From positions 42,643 to 106,642 of IMG/VR virus record IMGVR_UViG_3300046615_000177: 64,000 nt of DNA, one strand, 5' to 3'. This document shows positions 1 to 9,837 of the stretch, in pieces. A model generated the notes under the pieces. That model saw only the letters and a program-made list of their open reading frames with translations. It searched no databases and was not told where the DNA came from. This DNA is from a virus. Taxonomy: Duplodnaviria > Caudoviricetes. Within the stretch, counting starts at the first letter, position 1, and the number at the start of each line of letters is the position of its first letter. A program made the position numbers and the translations under genes.

Positions 1-377
1 AGGTCCGATATGCGGCGCTTGGCGTTACCCATCCAGCCCTGCTTCGACTTTGTCAGGTCGTCTACATAGGTCTCATACTCTAAAGTGAATGCCTTCTCGG
101 TGTCCAGATCGTCAACGTTTAGGCCCAGCGCAGCAAATATGTCGGCCATACGCTGAGCGCTGGCTTCCTGAAGCTCTTCGTATAATCCGTCCTCTGCCTG
201 CCCCAGCAACTCGTCTCCGTTACGCTCCCACATGTTGTGCTCGTCGCCCCTGCCCGCTATTACGTTCATAACCTTCGGAAGCTCCATGGCCTGACGGAGA
301 GTAACCAGTATCTGCTCCCGCACTTCAGCGGGAGCTTGTTGGATGTCCTTCGGAAGCTGGATGTTTAGTTTGTTCAT
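1..377 (-). CDS. Partial ORF running off the window (MNKLNIQLPKDIQQ...), probably a head morphogenesis/structural protein
   Basis: Open frame from ATG at 377, ATGA overlap with the preceding gene; two genes downstream of the portal. Confidence 0.6.
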   Translation of the reverse strand, partial: MNKLNIQLPKDIQQAPAEVREQILVTLRQAMELPKVMNVIAGRGDEHNMWERNGDELLGQAEDGLYEELQEASAQRMADIFAALGLNVDDLDTEKAFTLEYETYVDDLTKSKQGWMGNAKRRISD

Positions 378-601
378 AGCGCACCTGCTGGTTCACTTCG
401 GAAGGTATAGCCATTTAGCGACAGGACGTATATAAATCCCGGTAGCTGAGCTGCGGGTACTGTAAATACGATGTCGGTCGCTGCATCCTCTCCATCCAGC
501 ACGTCGTCGATCTCGATGGTGACGACATAGTACTCAGGATGTTCGAGGGCGATAACAGCTTCTGACTCTTGGCTAAATCGGTTGTAGCTCTCCATTCCCA
601 T
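374..601 (-). CDS. Hypothetical protein
   Basis: RBS AAGGGAGG; tight packing with neighbours. Confidence 0.7.
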   Translation of the reverse strand: MGMESYNRFSQESEAVIALEHPEYYVVTIEIDDVLDGEDAATDIVFTVPAAQLPGFIYVLSLNGYTFRSEPAGAL

Positions 602-620
602 GTGTGAACCCTCCCTTGGT

Positions 621-2552
621 TTAGTAGTTATCCCAGCTAATCACGATGTTCAGCGTGGTGCCTTCTTCGTCTTCGGAAGCCAGCGACTTCTTCAGCGGGG
701 CAGGCTTGCCCTTCTGCTTGACCTTTTCCAGTTCCATGTCATGCTTGTGCGCCAGCTTCATCTTCTCCAGCTCTTTCTCGTGCTGATCGTCCGGGTCCGG
801 CTTGTCGTCGCCCTTGGACTTATCAGCCCCATCCTTCGCCTTGTCGCCGTCTGCCTTGGCTGACTTCTCTTGCATCTTGGCAGCGTTATCGGCCTTCAGC
901 TTCTCCATCTTAAGCTGGTGCTCCTGATCGGCCTGCTTCTGTTCCATGGTCTGCTCGTGCTGCTTATCCAGCACTTCGAGTTGCTTGCCGTGCCCGTCAT
1001 CCTGCATCTCCAGCGCTTTACCGTGCTGGTCGTCTGCGGAGGCCTGCTCTGCTTCTGGATCGTCCGGGTCGGCATTCGGGTCTGTCTGCTGCCCCATCCC
1101 GCTCTCTGCCATGTACACCTGAATCAGCGTAGCGTTGGCCGGAGCATTTGCCCACTTCGGAAGCTCTCCGCCGTTCTGCTTTTTGATCTCGTCGATGTCC
1201 ACGTCGTTCTCTGCCCACACCATGGCGACCGTCTTCACACCGGAGTTGATCTGCTTCTCTTGGCGCTCCATCTTCCGGTCCTCGTCGTCTTCGTCCAATC
1301 CCACCCAGTAGAAGGCGTACTGGTCGTCGATCTGATCGACAATCTCGGAATTGAAGGTATCGGAGAGGAAGTTCATCAGTGGAATGAGGCCCTTGTCCTT
1401 GGACTTATCCATCTTCTCTTCGGTGTTGTCAGACTGGCTCATGCCCCCGCTCTTGCTCGTCCAGCTCTTGAATCCTACCTCGTTCGGGTCGATCTGATAG
1501 ACCGCGCACGCGATGTTAAACAGGAACTCCAGAAACTCGTTAAACTGCATGTCTTGGTTGGACTGCTTCAGCGGTGTCCACTGGAACCCGGAGCCTTCCT
1601 TGGAGGCCATGATAGGCACAGCCCACTTTCCGGCAGCACCGCTTGTGAGCTGCTTCCAGTGGCGCTTGAACCCTTCGAGCGTCTTGTCATCATAGCTACC
1701 GACGAAGGACAGAACGCCCTGCGGCAGGTGGCTATGAGTGAAGTATGTCGTATTGTAGCGTACGCCGTTGACGATGCCGCTCACAATCTCCACCAATACC
1801 TCCAGCTCTGACATTCCGAAGTCCGTGGTCATGATGTCGGTGCGCGGGTTACGGATAGCGTAGGCCAACTCTTCCTCTGTGTACTCTGCCACAATCTGAC
1901 CGCTGATACGCTGTACGTAAGCAATGTCCCCGGCTATCTTCTTGCCCCGGTTAGTCATGGGGTCGTACACCACAGGCTCGAACGCATCCGATACAGGCGA
2001 GTTGCTAACTAGCTCAATGGTCGAGCCATCAAGCGCCCACATCTCCGCCAGATTGCCTCCAATGGTTGGCACGGTCTCAATGGTCACCACGTCGAGGGTC
2101 AGCGTGTCGTCCACGATCTTCCGAAGGAAGGTGTTAAAGTTGTCCTTGCGCTTGCGGTTCTTGGCGTAGCCTGTCTTCAGGAAGAACTCTTCAATCTCGT
2201 GGGCCTTCTTGGCCTGCGCCTCCGTCATCTTCTCTCTGGAGTCCTTCAGGCCGATCTTGAATCCGATGTCTCCGTCGAACCGTGGACGCCGTGCATGTCG
2301 GCTGACTTGGTTCTTCCGGGTCAGCAGGATTGCCGCAATCGCCGGGACCTTTGCCATCGCCCGCAGGGTTCCGAATGGTATGATTGACTGCTTCGACCGT
2401 GTACCACCTACACCGTAGCTGTTGGCTGGGTCGATGATGGCTGACTTTGGCTGTGCAGCTTGGCGCTCCTGCTCTTCCTTCTCTGCGGAGAGTGCCTTGT
2501 GAAGCTGCTGGCCGTATGGTGCTTTCTCCCACATCTCTAAAATGTTATCCAC
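621..2552 (-). CDS. Phage portal protein with a long charged, low-complexity C-terminal tail
   Basis: Portal-like segments (NFNTFLRKIVDDTLTLD, IRNPRTD..FGMSELE, DMQFNEFL..IACAVYQIDPNEVG); downstream of the terminase; GTG start after AGGAGG. Confidence 0.9.
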   Translation of the reverse strand: MDNILEMWEKAPYGQQLHKALSAEKEEQERQAAQPKSAIIDPANSYGVGGTRSKQSIIPFGTLRAMAKVPAIAAILLTRKNQVSRHARRPRFDGDIGFKIGLKDSREKMTEAQAKKAHEIEEFFLKTGYAKNRKRKDNFNTFLRKIVDDTLTLDVVTIETVPTIGGNLAEMWALDGSTIELVSNSPVSDAFEPVVYDPMTNRGKKIAGDIAYVQRISGQIVAEYTEEELAYAIRNPRTDIMTTDFGMSELEVLVEIVSGIVNGVRYNTTYFTHSHLPQGVLSFVGSYDDKTLEGFKRHWKQLTSGAAGKWAVPIMASKEGSGFQWTPLKQSNQDMQFNEFLEFLFNIACAVYQIDPNEVGFKSWTSKSGGMSQSDNTEEKMDKSKDKGLIPLMNFLSDTFNSEIVDQIDDQYAFYWVGLDEDDEDRKMERQEKQINSGVKTVAMVWAENDVDIDEIKKQNGGELPKWANAPANATLIQVYMAESGMGQQTDPNADPDDPEAEQASADDQHGKALEMQDDGHGKQLEVLDKQHEQTMEQKQADQEHQLKMEKLKADNAAKMQEKSAKADGDKAKDGADKSKGDDKPDPDDQHEKELEKMKLAHKHDMELEKVKQKGKPAPLKKSLASEDEEGTTLNIVISWDNY

Positions 2553-2581
2553 TGTCCTGTCCTCCTTTTCTCCCCGTATCA

Positions 2582-2623
2582 ACAAAACAAGGGCTTCGGA
2601 AGCCCGTAGACTCCGAAGCCCCT
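2582..2623 (-). terminator. Intrinsic terminator-like hairpin whose stem contains a CTTCSGAAG copy
   Basis: Minus strand GGGGCTTCGGAG-N8-CTTCCGAAGCCCT followed by TGTTTTGTT. Confidence 0.55.
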
Positions 2624-2633
2624 GCTTCAGTGC

Positions 2634-2846
2634 TTAGTGATTTGCCCGACCGTGGATGTGTCCACAACTTGGGCAATGCTTTTCACCAGTCACGGAAGGC
2701 GCACGCTTCGTGCTAGTAATGCCTCTCGGCACCGCCAGCACTCCACAGGCTGCGCATTTCACCTTGGATGGAGACGTGTCTTCCGACTTGTCTGTCATCA
2801 GGCGAGTGGTTCCGTACTGATTACCGCCCTTGCTCGCTTGCGTCAT
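2634..2846 (-). CDS. Small zinc-ribbon protein
   Basis: CAAC...CPSC pairs; RBS present. Confidence 0.6.
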   Translation of the reverse strand: MTQASKGGNQYGTTRLMTDKSEDTSPSKVKCAACGVLAVPRGITSTKRAPSVTGEKHCPSCGHIHGRANH

Positions 2847-2893
2847 ATGAGCACCCCTTTCCGCTTATCGCGCCACTATCATACCAGCAACGG

Positions 2894-3424
2894 TCACACT
2901 TCGGAAGTGTTTTGTTTATGGGCTAAATTCCTTGCCATCACCTTACCACTACATACGCATTTATCAGTGCGGTGCTTGCAGTAGTGAGAGGAGTTACACT
3001 CCGCCGCCCAGTAGGCATCGGACTCTGCTACTTCGGAGAAGCCCATCTTAGCCATGATCATGTCGGAGGTCACTTCTCCCGGATACTCTAACGGGTGAAC
3101 CCAGCATTCCACGAACACGGTCTCACCTACTAATCCCTCCAGTGTCAGTGCAGCGAGCCTGCTGCCTATGCCTCTACCTCGGAAGGCAGGGTGCAGGGCT
3201 ATCACCTTCCAGTCTACGAGACCACTCCCGGCACGCACTGCGATGGAAACACCGACGACTTCAGAACCATCGCCAACTACCCACGCCTGCACCGCTCTGC
3301 TAAGCATGCGCTCTGTGTCTTCCAGCGTGTGCGGGTAGCTAAAGTAAATGTGAGCCTTCAGCAGGGCGTTGATCCCCGCAACGTGGGATGCCGTGGCTGC
3401 ACTAATGTACTCCATCGGAGGCAT
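2894..3424 (-). CDS. GNAT-family acetyltransferase with a Cys-rich C-terminus
   Basis: Acetyl-CoA-binding motif IALHPAFRGRGIGSRL; late KMGF motif. Confidence 0.8.
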   Translation of the reverse strand: MPPMEYISAATASHVAGINALLKAHIYFSYPHTLEDTERMLSRAVQAWVVGDGSEVVGVSIAVRAGSGLVDWKVIALHPAFRGRGIGSRLAALTLEGLVGETVFVECWVHPLEYPGEVTSDMIMAKMGFSEVAESDAYWAAECNSSHYCKHRTDKCVCSGKVMARNLAHKQNTSEV

Positions 3425-3812
3425 CTTCTTTCAGCACGTCCTCGGTATCGAACTTCGGAACCTTGTGAATTACGGCCTCCGCTTTCAGGAAGTAACACCA
3501 CAGCGGCTGCACGGTCTCATACTCCGTAACGAAAGGCCTGCCGTAGTGGTGGGCGTTTACAGGTATGCGCAGGATACCATCCTGCCGGAAGCGAGCCATC
3601 ATGGTGGCGACGTTGGCAGCGCCCCACACGCCTCGGATGTTCTCTGGATTAAACGTCTCAAACTCCTTCATGCCATACACCACGAAGTATTGATCGTCGA
3701 AGAAGTCGGCCGGAGCAGTCACCATCTCGAAAGTCTCCACAGCCTTGCGGTTGTACTGGGCAATCTTCAGAAGGCCATCGCCTCCACCCGGAACGATGTG
3801 GTCACCACTCAT
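3402..3812 (-). CDS. Hypothetical protein
   Basis: ATGA-coupled start (MSGDH) with RBS. Confidence 0.6.
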   Translation of the reverse strand: MSGDHIVPGGGDGLLKIAQYNRKAVETFEMVTAPADFFDDQYFVVYGMKEFETFNPENIRGVWGAANVATMMARFRQDGILRIPVNAHHYGRPFVTEYETVQPLWCYFLKAEAVIHKVPKFDTEDVLKEDASDGVH

Positions 3813-4195
3813 GCTTCCACCTGCTCCCCGTTCAGGAGCTTTTCGAGCTTTCCACACACTTGCGCAGCTCCGTGGGTCAGGCCCTGCACTGCGTAACGAC
3901 GGAACGAGGTAGGATCGGAGCTGCGAGGGGCGTGTGCTCCCCTGCGGTCGCCTATGAGTTCACGCACACCGTCCATCTCTGGGCAAGTCACCGTCAGCAT
4001 GTGGTCTGAGTGGTTGTCTCTTCCGAAGCCTTCCATCTGGGATATCTCATGTATTGCCCGGTCGAACTCTTTACGTACCCGGCCTACGTACTGGCTAACC
4101 GTCTCGTCTGCCACAGTCTCCTGCCAGTCCTCAAATACATGAGTTACTGCGTCCACTGCCTCTTCTCCGTGCGCCTTGACTGTAATTGTGGTCAT
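3809..4195 (-). CDS. Hypothetical protein
   Basis: RBS AAAGGAG; coupled to the next gene. Confidence 0.65.
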   Translation of the reverse strand: MTTITVKAHGEEAVDAVTHVFEDWQETVADETVSQYVGRVRKEFDRAIHEISQMEGFGRDNHSDHMLTVTCPEMDGVRELIGDRRGAHAPRSSDPTSFRRYAVQGLTHGAAQVCGKLEKLLNGEQVEA

Positions 4196-4218
4196 GCATA
4201 CCAGCTCCTTTGTGTTGG

Positions 4219-4956
4219 TTATTTTAGCTCGCCTAGCGTGATGCCGATCTTATCCGCCCACTGGGACACCTTGCCCCGGTAGTTGTTCGGAAGGTCGACG
4301 GTAGCTGTGAAGCTCTTCTTACTCATGTGCTTCTGGTAGACTTGGAAGGCTATTAGCCGTTCCGTGCCGTACCGTTCTACCTTGCCGTCGACTTGCTCAC
4401 TGTGCCCGATGACTATGCCCCGGCTCCGGTCGTCGTGCAGGCGAGTCAGGATTAGCTGAAGGTCGACCGCGCTCCGGGCATTCTGGGCCTCGTCTATGAT
4501 CAGGTAGGTGCGCTTGTTGCGCCCGCGCATGTAAGTATCCGTAACCATTTCGAGCGTGCCCTTGGCGCATAGCTCTGCTACCACTTCAGGCTGCAAGCCA
4601 CACTCGGCCAGCGCCTCGTAGAATGGGGCCATCATAGGCCGTACCTTATCCTCCACGAACCCCGGCAGGTAGCCAAGGTTGCCGCTGCGTGGGTCTGGGA
4701 ATCGCATGTAGGTAATTTGGTCGACTTGACCACTACGAAGCATGTTTAGACCTTCCATGACGGCGACCGTTGTCTTCCCGGTACCTGCGGGGGCGTCGAC
4801 GAAGGTGACGATATGCTTGCGGATAGCCTCCACATACGTCCGCTGATAAACGTCGAGCTTCTTCCACAGCCTGTCTGTGTGCCCGGCGTTCATCAGGGCC
4901 GCTATCGCCTTGTCTTCCTTCGTGGTCTCAACTACGTGTAACTTGGGCTTCGACAT
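4219..4956 (-). CDS. phoH: PhoH-like ATPase
   Basis: APAGTGKT Walker A, LGYLPG, YMRGR, IIDEAQN, LTRL. Confidence 0.9.
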   Translation of the reverse strand: MSKPKLHVVETTKEDKAIAALMNAGHTDRLWKKLDVYQRTYVEAIRKHIVTFVDAPAGTGKTTVAVMEGLNMLRSGQVDQITYMRFPDPRSGNLGYLPGFVEDKVRPMMAPFYEALAECGLQPEVVAELCAKGTLEMVTDTYMRGRNKRTYLIIDEAQNARSAVDLQLILTRLHDDRSRGIVIGHSEQVDGKVERYGTERLIAFQVYQKHMSKKSFTATVDLPNNYRGKVSQWADKIGITLGELK

Positions 4957-4975
4957 GCTGAACCCTCCCAGTGAG

Positions 4976-5344
4976 TTATACTTCTTCCCCTTGCTCCGCT
5001 CTCAGGGCCTTGTCCACCGAATCCCGCAACGCTATGAGCTGTGCAGTGCTCAGCAGCTCCAGCGGAGCGGTATGTGGGATAACCAGTAACCCCAAGTGCG
5101 TACCCGCCTGCTTGTTCATTTCCTGCCATGCCCCTCGAAGGTTGTCCAGCTCCTGCATGGTCATCTCTTGGTTGATGACGTACATACCTTGGCGGGCTAG
5201 AACCTGCGGCTGGATAGTGAAGGTGGTGCTTACCAGCTGCTCCGGCTGCGTAACGGTCGTGACGATAATCGGCGGCAGGTGATGCATGCTGTCTCCCCAT
5301 TCTACTTCCTTGCCCATATTTACCAGCTCCTTTGTCCGCATCAT
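4976..5344 (-). CDS. Hypothetical protein
   Basis: ORF fills the gap in operon orientation. Confidence 0.55.
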   Translation of the reverse strand: MMRTKELVNMGKEVEWGDSMHHLPPIIVTTVTQPEQLVSTTFTIQPQVLARQGMYVINQEMTMQELDNLRGAWQEMNKQAGTHLGLLVIPHTAPLELLSTAQLIALRDSVDKALRAEQGEEV

Positions 5345-5471
5345 ACAACGAAGCCCGCCTGCTGGGAATCCCCAGTTGACGAGCTTCGGAAGTACTACTG
5401 TGCTCCGCCTTGGATGTCCTGCTCTCTTGCCGCCTCCGCCTTATCCTTTACCCACGCCTACCTCCAACTCC

Positions 5472-7292
5472 TTAGTAAAAGAATTCTGACCCACCGTCGT
5501 CGATGACCTTCCGAAGGGCGATAGTCAGGTAGTTCATTGCATGGCCGAAGTGATCTCCGCCCGGTAGTGTGCCTACCCGCTGCTTGATGACTTCCTTCTT
5601 TGTTTTCTCGTCGGTCTCGATGTCCCGGACGAGCACGAGGTTGGTGACGTGCAGGATGAAGGTCTCAAAGAGTGGGTTCTGTGCTACCCACGCCGGGATG
5701 ACAAACCGCCCATCACGGAACATCTTCGCCATGATCATGAGGGTCATGGTGCGGTCTACGCTTACCTTAGCGTCATCCTCGTTCCATACGTCCTCAATGG
5801 TCTTGGTGATGTCCGTCGACAGCGACGGATAGAAGCAGCTGAACACCTTCCCGGGGAAGTCCTGCATCAGCTCCCAGTTACGGTCCTTCCCGTAACCAGC
5901 ATCGAACACTCCACGCCGGGCATCCCACTGGCGCAGCTTCTCGCCTGTCTTGCGAATGTGGGGGTTATCCTTGCGGCCGTCATGCATCTCCGCCTCGTCC
6001 TCCTTGATGTCCCAGATGTCGAGGATGATGATCTTGTCCGGGTTGTCCGGGTGGCGCATGCCGTTGGCTCCCCACGAGCGGTTACCCCAGTCGACGCCTT
6101 GGGCGACGTTGTCTCTTCGGAAGTCGTAGGGGCTTGTCATGCTATTGTCGATACACCGCATGATGTCTCCCCGGCTGACCATGACGTTGTCCCCTAGATA
6201 AGGGCGACCGATGACGTAGTTCTCGAAGAGCTGATCGAGGGCGTAGTCCTCTTTCTTCTTCATGAGCTGGGTAGCGCTTATCCACGGGCATATGAGCTGG
6301 CTGATCTGATAACCCCGGACACCCTTCCGGTAGTCGTACAGCGGACGCCAGAAGCCACGGACACGGGTCTCGTCGCTCACAAACTGGTGACACTTGGTGC
6401 AGACATAGGCGAAGGTGTCGGTCTCCCGGATGAAGCTGTTCGACAGGTGCAGGCCGTGGTTAGCGTTACCGTAGGTATCGCGCCGCAGCTCCACCACACA
6501 CTTCGGAAAGTCGTGGATAAGGGTCATCCAGTGATTACAGTGAGGGCACTTCATGAACCAGTGCTGTTCATCGCTCTTGCTGAAGCTTGCGTTCACGCCT
6601 ACACCCGGCAGCGATGGCGTGGAGATATCCCGCCGCCAGCCGTAGGCCGACGAAGACAGAGTTTCGTTAAACGCTATCATGACGTTAGGGTGCATGCGGT
6701 CGATCTCGTCAAACCGCACCACGTCAACGTCGATACCTTCCCCTGCTCGTGCGGTGTGGCCGGAGCGGAAGAATATCCAATGGTCTGCTCCCATCTTCCG
6801 AAGCCGGACATTGTCGACCGGGTCTTCCCCGGGCTTCTTCTTGCCTGTCACTGCATCGTACCCCATGCGGTCCCGCACATACGGGCTGTCCTTCATAACC
6901 GCATCGACACGAGTCTTCGAGAAGTCCGCTACTTGGTCGAAGGTTGGGAAGACATACGCCTGCTTGGTATAGGGGTGTGTGTCCCCGAACCATAGCAATT
7001 CCCGTACCTCGTTCTCGCTGGCTCCACACTGCCGGGACTTCTGCATGGCCTTATGTGGGTGCTGGTCGTCGAGCGGTTGCTGTAGGAACTGACGCTGCCC
7101 ACGTAGGCCGATACGCCAATCATCGGATGGTATCTCTATCGCCTTCCGAAGGTCGAGCGAGCCATCCTCCCGGAGCTGTTCGAAGCGATAAGGCTTACCC
7201 CGGAGCTGGGTATGGTACTGAGACCATATGCTGGGACGCTTGTTGATCTGATACTGAAGGAGCTGGTCCTGTGTCAGTCCGTCGACAGCCAT
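5472..7292 (-). CDS. terL: Terminase large subunit (GpA/SPO1-Twort-like type)
   Basis: Deviant Walker A KSRQCGASE, Walker B VRFDEID, ISTP coupling motif, CPHC/CTKC zinc site, nuclease GVDWG...DHFGHA. Confidence 0.92.
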   Translation of the reverse strand: MAVDGLTQDQLLQYQINKRPSIWSQYHTQLRGKPYRFEQLREDGSLDLRKAIEIPSDDWRIGLRGQRQFLQQPLDDQHPHKAMQKSRQCGASENEVRELLWFGDTHPYTKQAYVFPTFDQVADFSKTRVDAVMKDSPYVRDRMGYDAVTGKKKPGEDPVDNVRLRKMGADHWIFFRSGHTARAGEGIDVDVVRFDEIDRMHPNVMIAFNETLSSSAYGWRRDISTPSLPGVGVNASFSKSDEQHWFMKCPHCNHWMTLIHDFPKCVVELRRDTYGNANHGLHLSNSFIRETDTFAYVCTKCHQFVSDETRVRGFWRPLYDYRKGVRGYQISQLICPWISATQLMKKKEDYALDQLFENYVIGRPYLGDNVMVSRGDIMRCIDNSMTSPYDFRRDNVAQGVDWGNRSWGANGMRHPDNPDKIIILDIWDIKEDEAEMHDGRKDNPHIRKTGEKLRQWDARRGVFDAGYGKDRNWELMQDFPGKVFSCFYPSLSTDITKTIEDVWNEDDAKVSVDRTMTLMIMAKMFRDGRFVIPAWVAQNPLFETFILHVTNLVLVRDIETDEKTKKEVIKQRVGTLPGGDHFGHAMNYLTIALRKVIDDGGSEFFY

Positions 7293-7774
7293 GGCTTACA
7301 CTCCCCTTCTGGAAGCTGGTAGACCGTCACTACTTGACGCCGCCACATAGCCCCATGTATGTCCCTGATGTACTTTTCTAAGCTCCCCGCCTCCGCCTCG
7401 GTCATCTCACGAGGCTCACATAAACCATCCGGCAGCTTCACGCTACTGAATGGGCTTACTTCCTCGTAGGGGCGCAGCGCTTCCTCGTAGGGGTTAGCTG
7501 CTCCGTTGTATGTGATCGTAGATAGTACCTGCTTCGGTAGCAGCGCCTCCTGTACTACACGGTCAGGCTCTGGCACCCTACTCCCATAGGGTATGCGTGA
7601 TATCACTCTGTCTTCCCACCCCGGGAACAGCGCCTCCGATCTGCCTACTGCGCTGCTCTTAATGATCGTTACCTCTTGCACCGGACGCGGTATATTGCTA
7701 CCGCCTGTCGGTGGCTTGCCTATTAGCCCTCTGTGTTCCGTCGGTTGCATAATTATTCCCCTCCCCATCATCAC
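7274..7774 (-). CDS. Hypothetical protein
   Basis: ORF overlapping the terL start. Confidence 0.5.
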   Translation of the reverse strand: MMMGRGIIMQPTEHRGLIGKPPTGGSNIPRPVQEVTIIKSSAVGRSEALFPGWEDRVISRIPYGSRVPEPDRVVQEALLPKQVLSTITYNGAANPYEEALRPYEEVSPFSSVKLPDGLCEPREMTEAEAGSLEKYIRDIHGAMWRRQVVTVYQLPEGECKPWLSTD

Positions 7775-7810
7775 AAAAAGCTTCGGAAGCCTAGAGCGGC
7801 ACCGAAGCTC
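7775..7810 (-). terminator. Terminator-like hairpin whose stem contains a CTTCSGAAG copy
   Basis: Minus strand AGCTTCGG...CCGAAGCT followed by TTTTGT. Confidence 0.5.
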
Positions 7811-7816
7811 GTATAT

Positions 7817-8077
7817 TTACACCAGCGCTGACCGCTGTATCAGGCTGGGCTTGATCTTATCCCATTCCCGTTGCATGTCCTGCTCGCTCAGCAGGTCCAG
7901 CACCATAACGATGGCGTACCCTGCATGCAGCTTCTTGCAAGCATCCACCTCTGTATACGCCTTGGACACAAGCACTACCTGCGTACCATCATGACGCACA
8001 CACTTGCCGAAGAACTTCGTCGGCTTCTGCTTGACCACCTTCGGAAGTACACTTACCCCATTGTTTCCCACGCTCAA
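7817..8077 (-). CDS. Hypothetical protein
   Basis: ORF in operon orientation. Confidence 0.55.
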   Translation of the reverse strand: MSVGNNGVSVLPKVVKQKPTKFFGKCVRHDGTQVVLVSKAYTEVDACKKLHAGYAIVMVLDLLSEQDMQREWDKIKPSLIQRSALV

Positions 8078-8117
8078 CCGCCTACCCCTCTCGATTTTGC
8101 AGGTATGTCAGGTACCC

Positions 8118-8897
8118 CTACCCGACATCCTTAGTCCCCGTCAGGTTACGAATGATATCGTTCCCCATGGCGTCGAATTCGGCCTCCAGTGCCTTGCGCT
8201 CTTCCTCCGTCTTGGACTTCAGAAGCTCGGACACATCTAAGCTTGCCGTAGTTACAGTACCGCTAAGGTTCGTGTTCTGCTCGACATGCTGCTGCTCGAC
8301 GAACTCGCCTTTCTCTTGGGCGAGCTGCTTCATCCCGGCCAGTACTCCTGTAATCAGGGAGCCGATAGACTTGTCAGTGATTGGTATCAGATCAGCGTTA
8401 TCCACGATCTTCTCGAAGAGCTTACGAGTCAAGCGGGACAGCCCTGCAATACGCTCGCGCTGGCTGGCGAAGCCAGTCTCTAACACGAGGGCGTCTATGT
8501 GCTCCCGGAACTCCGGGTGCTGAAGCCAAGCGTAGATAATGTGCCTGCTGGCAATGCCTACGTCCGGGTCCTCTACTACCTGTGACACGGGAAAGCCCAG
8601 TGCGATAAGCTCTGCCGCCTTCATCCGGCGCTCATTCCACGTCCACACCTTCGGGATGTTAGGAGCGTAGCTGGCGGGCACGGTGATCTTATACTTCTTC
8701 CCCTTGGAGCTGGCAACCTCTAGCGTGATGTACTCCTGAGCTTTCCGATGCAGAAACTCCGGCGTCGCCACTTCGGGTAGTTCCTCCGTCGGTGGCGGCT
8801 CAGGTAATGCGGTTGTTCGTGCGAATTTTAGGTTCTCTGTGCCGGGCACCTGTACTGGCTTGACGGCCTTCTTGATCTGGCTCGTGATGCGGGTCAT
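8118..8897 (-). CDS. Probable terminase small subunit (HTH plus oligomerisation helices)
   Basis: HTH-like KAAELIALG...SRHIIYAWLQHPEF; first gene of the packaging operon, upstream of terL. Confidence 0.6.
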   Translation of the reverse strand: MTRITSQIKKAVKPVQVPGTENLKFARTTALPEPPPTEELPEVATPEFLHRKAQEYITLEVASSKGKKYKITVPASYAPNIPKVWTWNERRMKAAELIALGFPVSQVVEDPDVGIASRHIIYAWLQHPEFREHIDALVLETGFASQRERIAGLSRLTRKLFEKIVDNADLIPITDKSIGSLITGVLAGMKQLAQEKGEFVEQQHVEQNTNLSGTVTTASLDVSELLKSKTEEERKALEAEFDAMGNDIIRNLTGTKDVG

Positions 8898-8928
8898 GCG
8901 CTCACCTCTTTTCGGCCTCTATAGGGCC

Positions 8929-9033
8929 AACTTGTGCATGGTTGTCCATTGTTGTCTATACTTGTAACTACAGTATAGCTTAGTCCCACTAGATTCGACA
9001 AGAAATATCTTCATATTTCGACAACATTCGGCA
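8929..9033 (-). promoter_or_regulatory. Sigma-A-like promoter (TTGTCG-18-TATACT) with Spo0A-box matches and 10-bp repeats
   Basis: TTCGACA at 8994 and 9017, TTCGGCA at 9027 (tandem pair 10 bp apart); ACAA-N6 repeats at 8929-8965. Confidence 0.55.
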
Positions 9034-9099
9034 AGCCATGCAGCACTAAGTCTCTCCAGCCACTTCCGAAGACCTCTCCGACGTATAGCGCTCAGATGC

Positions 9100-9830
9100 C
9101 TCACCCTATCTACGTTCCTGCACAACTTTGCACATATTTACTTCCGAAGCTCAGCTACCAATCCGCCACGACTCCGCTGAGGCTCCACCGCTCTACCTTA
9201 CAAAATTTGACAGTACATTAAAAATAATGCCTTATATAAGAGAGGTCTTTACTCTCCCTTGACTTAACAACTATTTTGGTCCGTCGTTTAATATAGATTT
9301 ATGTACACTATACCCTATGGGGGTATATTTGTAAGATACTAGGAGATGGTAACTACTGGTAGCTGTCTGATAATCAGAGAAATAATCAAACTTTTGCAAA
9401 TTCAGTACGAGTTGGTACGGAATACTCACATGTTTTCATTTTTTATTTTTCAATTTGAAAAAAATATTTTTTATTTTTTGAAAAAAGAAAAAATAATTCG
9501 TGGGGGGAGGGGGGGTATATTTTCTGTGTGACACCCGTTATTCAGTACGTACTCGTACGGAATTGATAAAAGTTGACCGAAAAAGCATTTTTCAGGGGTG
9601 TGGTATGCCGTCGAATCCGTCGAATTTGTCGATTTGGTAGGGGTGGGGGTATACGTCCGGGTAGCCAAGGGTACCCTCATGGGGTATAAAAGGAAAAACC
9701 CCGCCGGGGTGGGCGGGGCATTCTCTGGGGTATATGCGGTTGTGTTCCGTTTGGGGTATGCCTTATATTACCCTGCCTGTTGCCGGATAAACAAGGCCCA
9801 ATATTTCCCTTGTTGTCGATCTTCCGAAGC
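9100..9830. other. AT-rich and G-tract noncoding block: candidate replication origin or packaging site
   Basis: No credible ORF; long A/T runs at 9430-9497; six GGGGTAT copies; two GTACG-N4-(C/G)GTAC sites. Confidence 0.5.
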
Positions 9831-9837
9831 GCGGAGC

